Positions 10,543 through 21,124 of a DNA stretch of 64,000 bases are shown here, in pieces (the first letter of the stretch is position 1; the number at the start of each line of letters is the position of its first letter). Both the position numbers and the translations under genes were made by a program. The notes beneath the pieces are model-generated. The model did no database searches, was not told the origin of the DNA, and worked only from the letters and a program-made list of their open reading frames with translations. The stretch comes from Rickettsiales bacterium (GTDB lineage: Bacteria; Pseudomonadota; Alphaproteobacteria; Rickettsiales; UBA1997): positions 2,663-66,662 of the forward strand of contig JBLHTM010000001.1 in assembly GCA_047627215.1 (NCBI GenBank), in the 5' to 3' direction.

Positions 10543-11682
10543 TTATTTCCAAGGGCGATCATACTCTGGAGCAGCTTCAGACAAAGGGTCGGAAGGGATA
10601 TCGGCATAAACCTTGTCATTCATTTTCAAAACCACACGACCAGTGTCAGTAACAATTCCAATTACTGCAAAATCTAATCCCCATTTATCAAAAACAGCTT
10701 TGGCCATTTCTTCTTTTTCTGGTTTGATGATCATCAACATTCTTTCTTGGCTTTCAGAAAGCATTATTTCATAAGGAGTCATTCCTTCTTCACGCATTGG
10801 AACTTTTTCCAAATAAAGCTCAACTCCAGTACCGCCTTTTCCAGTCATTTCAAATGAAGATGAAGTTAGTCCAGCCGCACCCATATCTTGAATCGACAAA
10901 ATACAATCTTCTTTCATCAATTCTTGGCATGCTTCCAAAAGCAATTTTTCGGTAAAAGGATCTCCAACCTGAACTGTTGGACGCTTATCTTCATCACCTT
11001 CTTTAAACTCGTCAGAAGCCATCACGGCACCATTTATTCCGTCTCTTCCTGTCTTTGATCCAACATAAACCACACTAGCCCCAACTTGGCTAGCAGCAGA
11101 ATAGAATATTTTATCCGCATCGACCAGACCAACGTTCATGGCGTTAACCAAAATATTACCATTGTAACTTTTATCAAAAGTTATTTCGCCGCCAACAGTT
11201 GGAACACCCATGCAATTTCCATATCCACCAACTCCAGAAACCACACCGTTAACCAATTGCTTAGTTTTTGGATGATCAATGTCGCCAAAGCGAAGCGAGT
11301 TCAAATTGGCAATTGGGCGCGCGCCCATGGTAAAAACATCACGAAGAATACCACCTACTCCGGTCGCCGCACCTTGATATGGCTCGATAAATGATGGGTG
11401 GTTGTGACTTTCCATTTTAAATACCACTGCGTCACCGTCACCAATATCAATGATTCCGGCATTTTCCCCCGGACCACAAATCACCCAAGGAGCTTCGGTG
11501 TGCATGGTTTTAAGCCATTTTTTAGTAGATTTGTAAGAGCAATGTTCAGACCACATTGCCGAGCAAATTCCCAGTTCAGTAAAACTTGGTTCACGACCCA
11601 AAATATCAAGAATTCTCTGATATTCATCATCCGTTAGGTTGTGATCTTTGATTAATTTCTTCGTTATTTTTGGCTCAGTCAT
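10543..11682 (-). CDS. purL: phosphoribosylformylglycinamidine synthase subunit PurL, N-terminal half only (truncated relative to the family)
   Basis: 379 aa starting with the typical PurL N-terminus ([37 protein letters not shown]). It ends at ...APEYDRPWK*, where full-length PurL proteins continue with a second AIRS-like half. Confidence 0.8.
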   Translation of the reverse strand: MTEPKITKKLIKDHNLTDDEYQRILDILGREPSFTELGICSAMWSEHCSYKSTKKWLKTMHTEAPWVICGPGENAGIIDIGDGDAVVFKMESHNHPSFIEPYQGAATGVGGILRDVFTMGARPIANLNSLRFGDIDHPKTKQLVNGVVSGVGGYGNCMGVPTVGGEITFDKSYNGNILVNAMNVGLVDADKIFYSAASQVGASVVYVGSKTGRDGINGAVMASDEFKEGDEDKRPTVQVGDPFTEKLLLEACQELMKEDCILSIQDMGAAGLTSSSFEMTGKGGTGVELYLEKVPMREEGMTPYEIMLSESQERMLMIIKPEKEEMAKAVFDKWGLDFAVIGIVTDTGRVVLKMNDKVYADIPSDPLSEAAPEYDRPWK

Positions 11683-11693
11683 GTTTTTAATTT

Positions 11694-13154
11694 TTAAAGT
11701 TTATTGTCGTTAGAAGTGTTTTTTAGGAGTTTATCAATTTCAGATTTTGAAATTTTGAATTTTTTTAGATATTTTCCTTTTAAAGACTTTCCAGAGGTGG
11801 TTTTAACTCTCGAAGGATTAACCTGTTTTCCTTTACTCAAGATTTCATAATGTAAATGCGGCCCGGTTGATCTTCCAGTGGTTCCAACGTAAGCGATGAT
11901 TTGACCTTGCTTGACTCTCGACCCAACCCGCAAGCCACGAGCAAATCGACTTGCGTGAGCATAGGCGCTGGAATATTCAGAATTGTGACGGATTCTAACG
12001 TAATTACCGTAACTTCCTCTCCTGCCGTAATGAGTGATCTTTCCAGCTCCTGCGGCAAAAATTGGGGTTCCTCTTGGTGCAGCAAAATCAATTCCTTTAT
12101 GCATTTTAGTGTACCCTAAAACCGGATGTCTTCTTCTGCCATAGCCAGATGAAATTCTTGCTCCATTGATTGGGGTTCTAAGTAGTGATTTTCTAACGCT
12201 ACGACCTTTTGAGTCGTAATATTCACCTCTTTTATTAGATCTGTCGAGATACATACCGATGGTTCTGATGCGCTTCACATCAAGGGAGGCGAATAAAATT
12301 TCTCCGTCTTTAACCTTATTACCATCTTCGTCGTAAAAACTTTCAAACAAAATTTCAAAACTATCTCCTTTTCTAATATCGCGCTGAAAATCGACATCAA
12401 AACTGTAAAGATTGATCATGTTAATCATGATTTTTGGTGAGATACCGACTTCAACCCCATTAACATAAAGTCCATCGCTGATGGTGGCTTCATATTTGAC
12501 GATTTTTTTGGTTAGCTTTTTGATGATCTTTTTTGCTTTGTAAGAATTTCCTTTACTGTCTTTAGTGCCGACAATTTGAATATCTATTTCAGGAGACGGA
12601 GAAAAACTAACCTCGTTAATAAAAACTTTACGATCAGAATTCTGTCTAACAACTTTTTCCCCCGACTTATTATCCCTTCCGGAATATGAAATTTGAACTT
12701 GGTATTTTATGTCAAAAATTTGACCAGCATCAATTCTTCTGGGATCGTGAACTTTTTTCATCTGATTCAAGATGGTGAAAATATCTGATTCAGGAGCTCC
12801 CAAATCCAGTAAAATTTTTAGCAAAGTGTCCCCTGCCTTGATTTTTCTTTGAACAATTTGAGTTTGACTGAGTTTAAAACCTGAATAATCATCGGATATT
12901 TTTATCTTGATTGGGCTCTTATCAACCCCTATTTCTTGAGAAGGTCTATTTTCTTTCAAACGATATTCGAGGTAAGTAAAGCCGTTAAATAAAATAAAAG
13001 AGGTGATAATTGAAATTGAAAATGTTTTAAACAAAGAGTGCTCAATGAGTTTGTCAATAAATCCAATTATGCTGATCGCGACATTTTTACGAGCGGTTTT
13101 ATCTTTTTTAAAGAAATTAGATTTGTCTTTTTTAAAGAAACTATTTTTTTTCAA
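11694..13154 (-). CDS. M23 family metallopeptidase (membrane-anchored murein endopeptidase-like)
   Basis: 486 aa with an N-terminal TM segment. C-terminal [14 protein letters not shown] ... [11 protein letters not shown] zinc-binding motifs. Confidence 0.85.
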   Translation of the reverse strand: MKKNSFFKKDKSNFFKKDKTARKNVAISIIGFIDKLIEHSLFKTFSISIITSFILFNGFTYLEYRLKENRPSQEIGVDKSPIKIKISDDYSGFKLSQTQIVQRKIKAGDTLLKILLDLGAPESDIFTILNQMKKVHDPRRIDAGQIFDIKYQVQISYSGRDNKSGEKVVRQNSDRKVFINEVSFSPSPEIDIQIVGTKDSKGNSYKAKKIIKKLTKKIVKYEATISDGLYVNGVEVGISPKIMINMINLYSFDVDFQRDIRKGDSFEILFESFYDEDGNKVKDGEILFASLDVKRIRTIGMYLDRSNKRGEYYDSKGRSVRKSLLRTPINGARISSGYGRRRHPVLGYTKMHKGIDFAAPRGTPIFAAGAGKITHYGRRGSYGNYVRIRHNSEYSSAYAHASRFARGLRVGSRVKQGQIIAYVGTTGRSTGPHLHYEILSKGKQVNPSRVKTTSGKSLKGKYLKKFKISKSEIDKLLKNTSNDNKL

Positions 13155-13335
13155 AGGAAGTGAATTCTGGTTTGGGATTTTGCCAAAATTTGTAAAGCAA
13201 AATCATGTAAAAAATTTAAGCGACGCAGCATAATTAATTTAATTTTAAAATAGAAATATTTTTTTCTTGCAACCAATCGATTTACTGGTATTTTTCTGTC
13301 CTATTTTGAGCCGCACAAACCAAATAATAACTATC

Positions 13336-14004
13336 ATGACCAACAAAACTTCTTCACCAAAAAACAATAAAGCAACACAAATCACAAAAGAAACTCCCAA
13401 GAAGATCATTAAAGTTGGTGGATTTGGCGCTGGAGATCACGCTTTCTACCCTTCTCACGGAGTTGGGAAAATAACTGAAATTGAAACTTTAGAAATTGCT
13501 GGTGAAAAACTAGACGTTTTGATTATGTATTTTGAAAAAGAAAGACTAACCATCAAAGTTCCTGCTAACCAAATCATTAAAACTGGACTCAGAGCTTTGA
13601 TTTCAGAAGATGAAATGAGTGGAGTTTTTGATATTTTGAAAAGTGGTGTTAAAAAAATAAAAGGAATGTGGAGCAGAAGAGCCCAAGAATATGAAGAAAA
13701 AATCAATTCTGGGAACATCATTTTGCTTGCTGAAGTTCTTCGTGATTTAACCCGCGACATTGAAGATGGTGATCGCTCTTACTCTGAAAGAATCATCTAT
13801 GAAACTGCAATTGACCGTTTATCTTTAGAATATTCAATCATCGCAAACATTTCATTTGAAGAGGCGAAAGAAAAAATAATTTCAACCGCAAAACACAAAT
13901 TAGGATTAGCCGCTCAAGAGGCAAAAGCAATCCGCGATTCTTTTGATGATGAATTTGATGATGAAGATGAAGATGACGATGACGATGAAGACGACGATAA
14001 ATAG
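13336..14004 (+). CDS. carD: CarD/CdnL-family RNA-polymerase-binding transcriptional regulator with a poly-acidic C-terminal tail
   Basis: I prefer ATG at 13336 (MTNKTSS...) over the TTG at 13267. The CarD_TRCF-RID-like core is FYPSHGVGKITEIETLEIAGEKLDVLIMYF. The tail is FDDEFDDEDEDDDDDEDDDK. Confidence 0.75.
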   Translation: MTNKTSSPKNNKATQITKETPKKIIKVGGFGAGDHAFYPSHGVGKITEIETLEIAGEKLDVLIMYFEKERLTIKVPANQIIKTGLRALISEDEMSGVFDILKSGVKKIKGMWSRRAQEYEEKINSGNIILLAEVLRDLTRDIEDGDRSYSERIIYETAIDRLSLEYSIIANISFEEAKEKIISTAKHKLGLAAQEAKAIRDSFDDEFDDEDEDDDDDEDDDK

Positions 14005-14009
14005 GTAAA

Positions 14010-14681
14010 ATGTCTAATAATCTAGTTTTAAAAAACATCAATAAATCATTCCTATCTGGTAAACAAACTATAAATGTCATTATAAATGCCAATTTATCAA
14101 TCGAAAAAGGGGAGTCGGTTGCTTTGGTTGGAAATTCTGGAGCTGGAAAAACCACTTTCTTACAAATAGCTGGATTGCTTGATAATCCGGATTCTGGAAA
14201 TATTCTTATTCGAAATATTGATGCGTCAAAAGCAGATGACAACACCAGAACAAATCTTCGCAAAAACCACATCGGATTCATCTACCAGTCACACCATCTT
14301 TTGCCAGAATTTTCCGCATTAGAAAACGTAGCAATGCCTTTGTTAATCAAAGGAACTCCAAAAAAATCAGCTCTCAAACAAGCTGCAGAAATTCTCGATC
14401 AAATTGGACTAAAAGATCGACTAACCCATCTTCCATCAGAACTTTCTGGCGGACAACAACAAAGGGTTGCGGTAGCAAGAGCGATTGTAGGGAAACCGTC
14501 ACTTTTACTAGCTGATGAACCAACAGGAAATCTTGACTCCGCCAACGCTGACAATGTTTTTGATTTGATCAAAAAACTTTCGAAACAACACCAAATTTCC
14601 AGCTTGATTGTCACTCACAATCTCGATCTAGCTAGAAAGCTCGATAGAATGGTTGAAATTAAAGATGGAATATTAATCTAG
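14010..14681 (+). CDS. lolD: lipoprotein-releasing ABC transporter ATP-binding protein LolD-like
   Basis: 223 aa. Walker [10 protein letters not shown], signature LSGGQQQR, Walker [13 protein letters not shown]. Length and sequence typical of the LolD/MacB-type subfamily. Confidence 0.75.
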   Translation: MSNNLVLKNINKSFLSGKQTINVIINANLSIEKGESVALVGNSGAGKTTFLQIAGLLDNPDSGNILIRNIDASKADDNTRTNLRKNHIGFIYQSHHLLPEFSALENVAMPLLIKGTPKKSALKQAAEILDQIGLKDRLTHLPSELSGGQQQRVAVARAIVGKPSLLLADEPTGNLDSANADNVFDLIKKLSKQHQISSLIVTHNLDLARKLDRMVEIKDGILI

Positions 14682-14694
14682 ATATTTTTCTAAC

Positions 14695-16590
14695 ATGTCC
14701 CATAAAAATCATCATTATCGAGCTGATATTGACGGCCTTCGTGCGATTGCGATCATTGCAGTAATTGCTTTTCATGCCTTTCCCAAAATAATATCTGGTG
14801 GATTTGTCGGTGTCGATATTTTCTTCGTAATTTCTGGATATTTGATATTTGGAATTATTGAGCGAAATTTAAAAAGAAACACTTTCTCATTCTTTGATTT
14901 TTACTATCGCCGGATCAGGCGTATTTTTCCTTCCTTAATCATTGTTCTGACCTTCTCATTGATTATTGGCTGGATCTTTCTCTACGCTAAAGAATATCAA
15001 GAACTTGCCATGCAAGCAGCTGCTGGAGCTGGATTTGTAGCCAATTTTGAACTACTAAGAGAATCAGGATATTTTGACAATTCCGCAGAATTAAAACCAC
15101 TACTTCACCTTTGGTCACTGGGAATTGAAGAGCAATTCTACATTCTTTCGCCATTTTTATTCTGGTTTTGCTGGAAAAAACAATACCCACTTTTACCAAT
15201 AATCCTATCCATCACTGCAATTTCTTTTATTTTCAATATCACAATTATCAACCAATATCCATCCGCCGCTTTTTATTTACCATTATCCAGATTCTGGGAA
15301 ATAGCCATCGGAGCTGCATTGGCACAATTCATAATTAACAATCCAAATTTCCTTAATTCACCAAGAATTCCCGCAAATTTTCTATCCATTGCCGGATTTG
15401 GAACAATCATTTTATCGGTCATTTTCATCAATAAGGACCAAAATTTCCCCGGATATTTAGCGATTTTTCCTTGTTTGGGGGCGGCACTAATCATCGCCTC
15501 AAACCCCAAAAACTGGATCAATCGCCACATACTATCGAATAAATTGATGGTCGGAGTTGGACTAATAAGCTATCCACTTTATTTATGGCATTGGCCATTA
15601 TTTTCATTCGCAAAAATCATCAAAGGAAAAGATCCAAGATTGGAACTTGTTGCCGGATTGATCGCTTTGAGCATTTTACTTGCCACCCTAACCTATCAAT
15701 TTTGCGAAAAACCAATTCGTGACAGGATAAAAACTAAAAAACATTTATTAATTTTAATTGGATTGATGCTGATAATTATAGCTTCAAGCCTGACAATAAT
15801 TTCTAATTCTGGATTTGAATCCAGATCCGAAGCTAACAAAAATCTATTAGTTAGGACCACCACCAGAGGTGATATTTATGATGAAAAATGTCTGAAAAAA
15901 TATCAAGAAATTGGTAATAATTATTGCCAAATAGCTGGAGAAGAAAAAGAGAAAAAAATCTTTGTCATCGGCGATTCTCATTCTCAAGCAATTTTTAACG
16001 GATATTCCCCTAATTTTATTGCTCAAGATTATCAAATTACTCACCTGGCAAATTCTGGTTGCCCATTTATCGCTAGCGACAAATCATTAAATGCGGTCAC
16101 GGCAGAAGGAGAAGATATCACCAAATGCAACACAACATTCCAGCAAATATTACAGGCAACAATCTCCCAAAATCCACGAGCAATATTATTTTCCAATGAC
16201 GGTTGGACATATCGCCGAGATGATTTTGAAGATTCAATGATCAAAACCCTAGAAATGATTCCCCAAACAATTCCAGTAATTTATTTCACTCAAATTCCTG
16301 CCATGCCATTTTCTCCTTTAAAATGCATTAGGGATGGTCTTTCATGCAATTTCTCCAAAACAAAATATCAGCAAGAAATAGTCGATTATTCTGTAATAAT
16401 TAAAAAACTATCAAAGCAATTTTCTAATTTAAAAATCATCAACCCTGTCGATGTTTTGTGTGAGAAAAATATTTGCAGAGGTTCTGATCAGGGTGGATTA
16501 TTCTATTATCGAGATGGAAAACATTTGAGCATTTATGGCGGCTTAATTATCGCCGAAAAATTACCAATCAGTCAATATTTAACAAAATAA
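14695..16590 (+). CDS. acyltransferase family 3 (OafA/YrhL-like) membrane protein with a C-terminal SGNH-like domain
   Basis: 631 aa. N-terminal YRADIDGLRAIAIIAVIAFHAF, about 10 TM segments, then a soluble domain with an FVIGDSHS block. Confidence 0.8.
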   Translation: MSHKNHHYRADIDGLRAIAIIAVIAFHAFPKIISGGFVGVDIFFVISGYLIFGIIERNLKRNTFSFFDFYYRRIRRIFPSLIIVLTFSLIIGWIFLYAKEYQELAMQAAAGAGFVANFELLRESGYFDNSAELKPLLHLWSLGIEEQFYILSPFLFWFCWKKQYPLLPIILSITAISFIFNITIINQYPSAAFYLPLSRFWEIAIGAALAQFIINNPNFLNSPRIPANFLSIAGFGTIILSVIFINKDQNFPGYLAIFPCLGAALIIASNPKNWINRHILSNKLMVGVGLISYPLYLWHWPLFSFAKIIKGKDPRLELVAGLIALSILLATLTYQFCEKPIRDRIKTKKHLLILIGLMLIIIASSLTIISNSGFESRSEANKNLLVRTTTRGDIYDEKCLKKYQEIGNNYCQIAGEEKEKKIFVIGDSHSQAIFNGYSPNFIAQDYQITHLANSGCPFIASDKSLNAVTAEGEDITKCNTTFQQILQATISQNPRAILFSNDGWTYRRDDFEDSMIKTLEMIPQTIPVIYFTQIPAMPFSPLKCIRDGLSCNFSKTKYQQEIVDYSVIIKKLSKQFSNLKIINPVDVLCEKNICRGSDQGGLFYYRDGKHLSIYGGLIIAEKLPISQYLTK

Positions 16591-16591
16591 T

Positions 16592-17521
16592 ATGAAAATA
16601 ATTTTAGCCGAACCAAGAGGATTTTGCGCCGGAGTGACTCGCGCGATTGACACTGTTGAAAGAGCATTAAAAAAATTTGGAGCGCCGATATATGTTCGCC
16701 ATGAGATTGTTCACAATAAATTCGTTGTTGAAGATTTGCGCAAAAAAGGGGCAATTTTTGTCGAAGAAGTGTCGGATATTCCAGAAGGATCTTTGGTAAT
16801 TTTTTCAGCGCATGGCGTTTCTGATCAGGTAGAAATTGATTCAAGAAATAAGGGATTAAAAATAATTGATGCCACCTGCCCTTTGGTCAGTAAAGTTCAT
16901 CGTAAAGCCAAAAAATATGAGGATGAGGATTTTCAAATAATTTTGATTGGACATAAAGGGCATCCAGAAGTTGAAGGAACTAGCGGAAGGGTTAAAAAGC
17001 CAATGATTTTGGTTTCTGATGAAAATGAAGCAAAAATTGTTCAAATCACAAATCCTGAGAAAATCGCCTACGTTACCCAAACGACTTTAAGTGTTGACGA
17101 CACCAAAAAAATTGTTGATGTTTTAGAAGAAAGATTTCCACAAATGCAGCGTGGACTTGCCACAAAAGATATTTGCTACGCCACCCAAAATCGCCAAGAC
17201 GCGGTCAAAGAGCTCGCAAATCAAGTTGATCTATTGTTGGTCCTGGGTTCTCAAAATAGCTCAAACTCCAACCGTCTTCGCGATTTGGGATCAGAATCAA
17301 TTCCATCCCACCTCATCAATGGAGCTTCCGATATTGACCCTAACTGGCTAAATGGAATAAAAAATATCGGCATCACCGCCGGTGCTTCCGCTCCTGAAAT
17401 TCTGGTTGAAGAGGTTATTAAAAAAATCAAAGAATTGTCAGGGGAAAAAATTGAAGTTAGTGGAATGGATGGAATTGTTGAAAATGTTCAATTTGCACTT
17501 CCAAGAGAGGTTAGAAAATAA
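16592..17521 (+). CDS. ispH: 4-hydroxy-3-methylbut-2-enyl diphosphate reductase
   Basis: 309 aa. MKIILAEPRGFCAGVTRAI, ATCPLVSKVH, GASAPE motifs. Confidence 0.95.
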   Translation: MKIILAEPRGFCAGVTRAIDTVERALKKFGAPIYVRHEIVHNKFVVEDLRKKGAIFVEEVSDIPEGSLVIFSAHGVSDQVEIDSRNKGLKIIDATCPLVSKVHRKAKKYEDEDFQIILIGHKGHPEVEGTSGRVKKPMILVSDENEAKIVQITNPEKIAYVTQTTLSVDDTKKIVDVLEERFPQMQRGLATKDICYATQNRQDAVKELANQVDLLLVLGSQNSSNSNRLRDLGSESIPSHLINGASDIDPNWLNGIKNIGITAGASAPEILVEEVIKKIKELSGEKIEVSGMDGIVENVQFALPREVRK

Positions 17522-17635
17522 TGATTTTACTACATTTTATCGAACTGTTTTTAGGAAAGTAAATATCAAAACTATATCCAACAAAAACAGGTAATATTTT
17601 CAATATTATTACTTCCATCGTCACTGCTTACCTAA

Positions 17636-18098
17636 ATTCTAGATTCATTTATTTGTGGTTTTTGGTATTACAACATATTTAATAAAGAGGCAGTTAGAAT
17701 CAATCCTAAGATCGGTAAACACCCAATAAAAACAATTGATTTTAACGTAAAAAATAGAGATTTTGTTTTTTTAACTTCGGAATATAGAGATTTTATTCCT
17801 ATAAAGAATTTTATCGCAAAAAAAAGAATTTCAAAAAAAAGAGATAAAGGATCAATTAATTAAGCAATTAGATTTCTATTTACATGTTTTTAATAATATC
17901 AAATTAGCTTGGGGAGATCCTAGCATACATAACATTATGATTGTAAATGATCTTGATGGTATTGTTTTAGTTCCAGTGGATTTTGTAAGTAACAAAGAAG
18001 AAGATATATTAAAAATACAACAAAATAATAGAGAAGTAGTTAAAGAAATTACTGAATATATTTCAAAATCCGCAGGGAAAAATTCTAAAGACCGTTAA
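17636..18098 (+). pseudogene. start-less 154-codon open frame resembling the C-terminal lobe of a protein-kinase-like (APH / choline / Kdo-kinase type) enzyme
   Basis: Own translation has no ATG/GTG/TTG before codon 101. It contains ...LHVFNNIKLAWGDPSIHNIMIVNDLDGIVLVPVDFVSNKEED..., matching the hGDxxxxNhh ... hhDF catalytic-loop/metal-loop pattern. It is missed by the ORF track. Confidence 0.4.
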
Positions 18099-18212
18099 TA
18101 CTCTCAATGATGTATTTGAAAGATAATTTTGTCGAGTTTTGTTGGACATAATTTTGATATTTATTTATTGAAAATTGTCCAGAAAAAGGCGGTTACATTA
18201 AAAAGGTTATTT

Positions 18213-18992
18213 TTATTTTTGTAGATGATTTGTGGAGCAAATCTGACAATTGGGATTTTTCTTCAAAACTACTTTTCGAAATTCATTTTTTAGAAAATCA
18301 AATATCAGAATTTTTCCTACCAAACTCTCTCCCAACGACTCCTGACTTCCTAAAATTTCTTTTATTGTGGTTGTTGCCTGCAAAGCCCCAATAGTTCCTG
18401 CTACCGCTCCTAGAATTCCTTTTTCAGATAGTGGTAAAGAAAAACTCTCACCAACGATATTAGGATTAAAACAAGCATAGCAAGGATTGTTGTTTTTATA
18501 GGATTTGAAAGTTGAAATTTGACCCAAGAACCCTTTAACAGCAGCAAGAATTAATGGTTTTTGTTGTTCATGGCAAACTTGGTTAATAACAAATCGAGTT
18601 GGAAAATTATCAGTTGCATCGATCACAAAATCATAATTTTGAACCAAATTAGTGAGATTTTTATGGTTTATGCGAATAGGAAATATATCTACTCTCACAT
18701 CATCATTTAAGGATTGGACTTTATGTTTGGCACTTTTAACCTTTTTATCTCCCAGATCCTCCATGTTGTGAATTATTTGTCTTTGCAAATTTGAAAGCTC
18801 AACCACGTCATTGTCAGCAATACCAATATTTCCCACTCCAGACGCTGCTAAATAATAAATCACCGGAGATCCAAGCCCTCCAGCGCCAATCACCAAAACT
18901 TTGGATTGTAGTAATTTTTCTTGTCCAGATTCACCAATTTCCGGTAAAATAAGATTACGCAAATAGCGCTGTTGCTGGTTCTGGCTGATCAT
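18213..18992 (-). CDS. ThiF/MoeB/HesA-family adenylyltransferase
   Basis: 259 aa. RYLRNLILPEIGESGQEKL, nucleotide loop VIGAGGLGSP, and two CxxC pairs (CYAC, CQIC). Confidence 0.8.
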   Translation of the reverse strand: MISQNQQQRYLRNLILPEIGESGQEKLLQSKVLVIGAGGLGSPVIYYLAASGVGNIGIADNDVVELSNLQRQIIHNMEDLGDKKVKSAKHKVQSLNDDVRVDIFPIRINHKNLTNLVQNYDFVIDATDNFPTRFVINQVCHEQQKPLILAAVKGFLGQISTFKSYKNNNPCYACFNPNIVGESFSLPLSEKGILGAVAGTIGALQATTTIKEILGSQESLGESLVGKILIFDFLKNEFRKVVLKKNPNCQICSTNHLQK

Positions 18993-19024
18993 GATTATTT
19001 TCTGGATTTTTTATTAAAAATACC

Positions 19025-19052
19025 CTTGTTTTTCAAAAAACACTTCCTATCT
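19025..19052 (+). promoter_or_regulatory. candidate RpoH (sigma-32) heat-shock promoter of dnaK
   Basis: CTTG (19025-19028), a 17-nt spacer, then CCTATCT (19046-19052). This fits the alphaproteobacterial heat-shock consensus CTTG-N17-CYTATNT and lies about 80 bp upstream of the dnaK ATG. Confidence 0.5.
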
Positions 19053-19130
19053 CTAGGCGAGTTTTTGTTTTGGGAAACAATACCAAACAATTCACAAACT
19101 TTCTATTAAAATCAATAAACATTTAAAATT

Positions 19131-21062
19131 ATGAGCAAAGTAATCGGCATAGATTTAGGAACCACAAACTCTTGCGTTTCTATCATGGAAGGAAAAAACA
19201 CTAAAGTAATCGAAAACGCTGAAGGCGCAAGAACTACCCCTTCAATTGTTGCTTTCTTGGCAAACGGCGAGAAAACTGTTGGTGCGTCAGCGAAAAGACA
19301 AGCAGTAACCAACCCGACAAATACAATTTTTGGAATCAAAAGATTGATTGGTAGAAGATTTGATGATCCAACGACTAAAAAAGATCAAGAATTGGTTCCA
19401 TATAAAATTACCAAATCTTCAAGCGGTGATGCTTGGGTTGACATCAAAGGAGAAAAATTCTCTCCGAGCCAAATTTCTGCTCTTATTTTGCAAAAAATGA
19501 AAGAAACTGCAGAAAGCTATTTAGGCGAAAAAGTTGAAAAAGCTGTAATCACAGTTCCCGCATATTTCAACGACTCTCAAAGACAAGCAACTAAAGACGC
19601 CGGGAAAATCGCCGGTCTTGAAGTTCTAAGAATAGTTAACGAGCCAACTGCTGCTGCATTAGCTTATGGATTGGACAAAAAAGAAGGTCAAACCATCGTA
19701 GTTTATGATCTTGGTGGTGGAACTTTCGACGTTTCTGTTCTTGAAATTGGTGGTGGTGTTTTTGAAGTTAAAGCAACCAACGGTGACACTTTCCTTGGTG
19801 GTGAAGATTTTGACATGAGAATCCTACAATTCTTGTGTGATGAATTCAAAAAAGACAATTCAGTTGATCTTTCCAAAGATCCTTCAGCTCTTCAGCGATT
19901 AAAAGAAGCTGCTGAAAAAGCTAAAATTGAGCTTTCTTCAACTTCTGAAACTGAAGTTAATTTGCCTTACATCACAGCTGACGCTACTGGACCAAAACAT
20001 TTGAACGTCAAACTAACTAGAGCAAAATTAGAGCAATTGGTTGATGATTTGGTATCCAGAACCATCAAACCTTGTGAAAATGCTTTGAAAGATGCCGGTT
20101 TAAGCGCTTCTGACATTGACGAAGTTATCTTGGTTGGTGGAATGACTAGAATGCCAAAAGTTGTCGAAACAGTTAAAAAGTTCTTCGGTAAAGAGCCAAA
20201 TAAAGGTGTTAACCCTGATGAAGTTGTTGCAATTGGCGCAGCGATTCAAGGTGCAGTTTTGCAAGGTGATGTCAAAGACGTTCTTCTTTTGGATGTGACT
20301 CCTTTATCACTTGGAATTGAAACAGCGGGTGGTGTACTTACTAAACTAATCGAACGTAACACAACTATTCCAACTAACAAAAGCCAAGTTTTCTCAACTG
20401 CAGCTGACAATCAAACTGCTGTGACCATCAAGGTCTATCAAGGCGAAAGAGAAATGGCAGTTTACAACAAAATGCTTGGCGAATTCAATTTGGAAGGAAT
20501 TGCTCCAGCGCCACGTGGAATGCCACAAGTTGAAGTTATTTTTGACATCGATGCCAATGGCGTAGTTAAAGTTTCTGCTAAAGATAAAGCGACTGGCAAA
20601 GAGCAAAATGTTACCATTCAATCTTCTGGTGGTTTGTCCGATGAAGAAATTGAAAAAATGGTTCAAGACGCTCAAGAAAACGCTGAAGCGGATAAAGAGA
20701 AAAAAGAACTAGTAGAAGCAAGAAATCACGCTGATGGTTTAGTTTATTCTACGACGAAAAGCCTTGAAGAACATAAGGAAAAAGTCGGTGAAGAAATCAA
20801 AACTTCAATTGAAGAAGAAATCAAGAGAGTCAAAGACTTGCTTGCTCAAGCTGACGCAAAAGTAGAAGATATTAAATCTGCTACTGAAACCTTGATGACA
20901 GCTTCAATGAAATTGGGTGAAGCTATCTACAAACAAGATCCTGAAGCTGGAGCTGAAGGTTCTGAAGCTGATTCCGATTCTGCCACTGATTCTAACGAAA
21001 AAGTAGTTGATGCAGAATATGAAGAAGTTAAGGAAGAAGACAAGAAAGAAGGTAATTCTTAA
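19131..21062 (+). CDS. dnaK: molecular chaperone DnaK (Hsp70)
   Basis: 643 aa. [21 protein letters not shown], and a full-length Hsp70 with an acidic C-terminus. Confidence 0.98.
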   Translation: MSKVIGIDLGTTNSCVSIMEGKNTKVIENAEGARTTPSIVAFLANGEKTVGASAKRQAVTNPTNTIFGIKRLIGRRFDDPTTKKDQELVPYKITKSSSGDAWVDIKGEKFSPSQISALILQKMKETAESYLGEKVEKAVITVPAYFNDSQRQATKDAGKIAGLEVLRIVNEPTAAALAYGLDKKEGQTIVVYDLGGGTFDVSVLEIGGGVFEVKATNGDTFLGGEDFDMRILQFLCDEFKKDNSVDLSKDPSALQRLKEAAEKAKIELSSTSETEVNLPYITADATGPKHLNVKLTRAKLEQLVDDLVSRTIKPCENALKDAGLSASDIDEVILVGGMTRMPKVVETVKKFFGKEPNKGVNPDEVVAIGAAIQGAVLQGDVKDVLLLDVTPLSLGIETAGGVLTKLIERNTTIPTNKSQVFSTAADNQTAVTIKVYQGEREMAVYNKMLGEFNLEGIAPAPRGMPQVEVIFDIDANGVVKVSAKDKATGKEQNVTIQSSGGLSDEEIEKMVQDAQENAEADKEKKELVEARNHADGLVYSTTKSLEEHKEKVGEEIKTSIEEEIKRVKDLLAQADAKVEDIKSATETLMTASMKLGEAIYKQDPEAGAEGSEADSDSATDSNEKVVDAEYEEVKEEDKKEGNS

Positions 21063-21087
21063 TTATTTTAGTCTGTTTTTTTAAAGA

Positions 21088-21124
21088 AGCCTTGTGAAAT
21101 TCATTTTTCACAAGGCTTTTTTAT
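21088..21124 (+). terminator. rho-independent terminator of dnaK
   Basis: 13-bp perfect stem aagccttgtgaaa / tttcacaaggctt with loop ttcatt, followed by a T-run. Confidence 0.85.
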
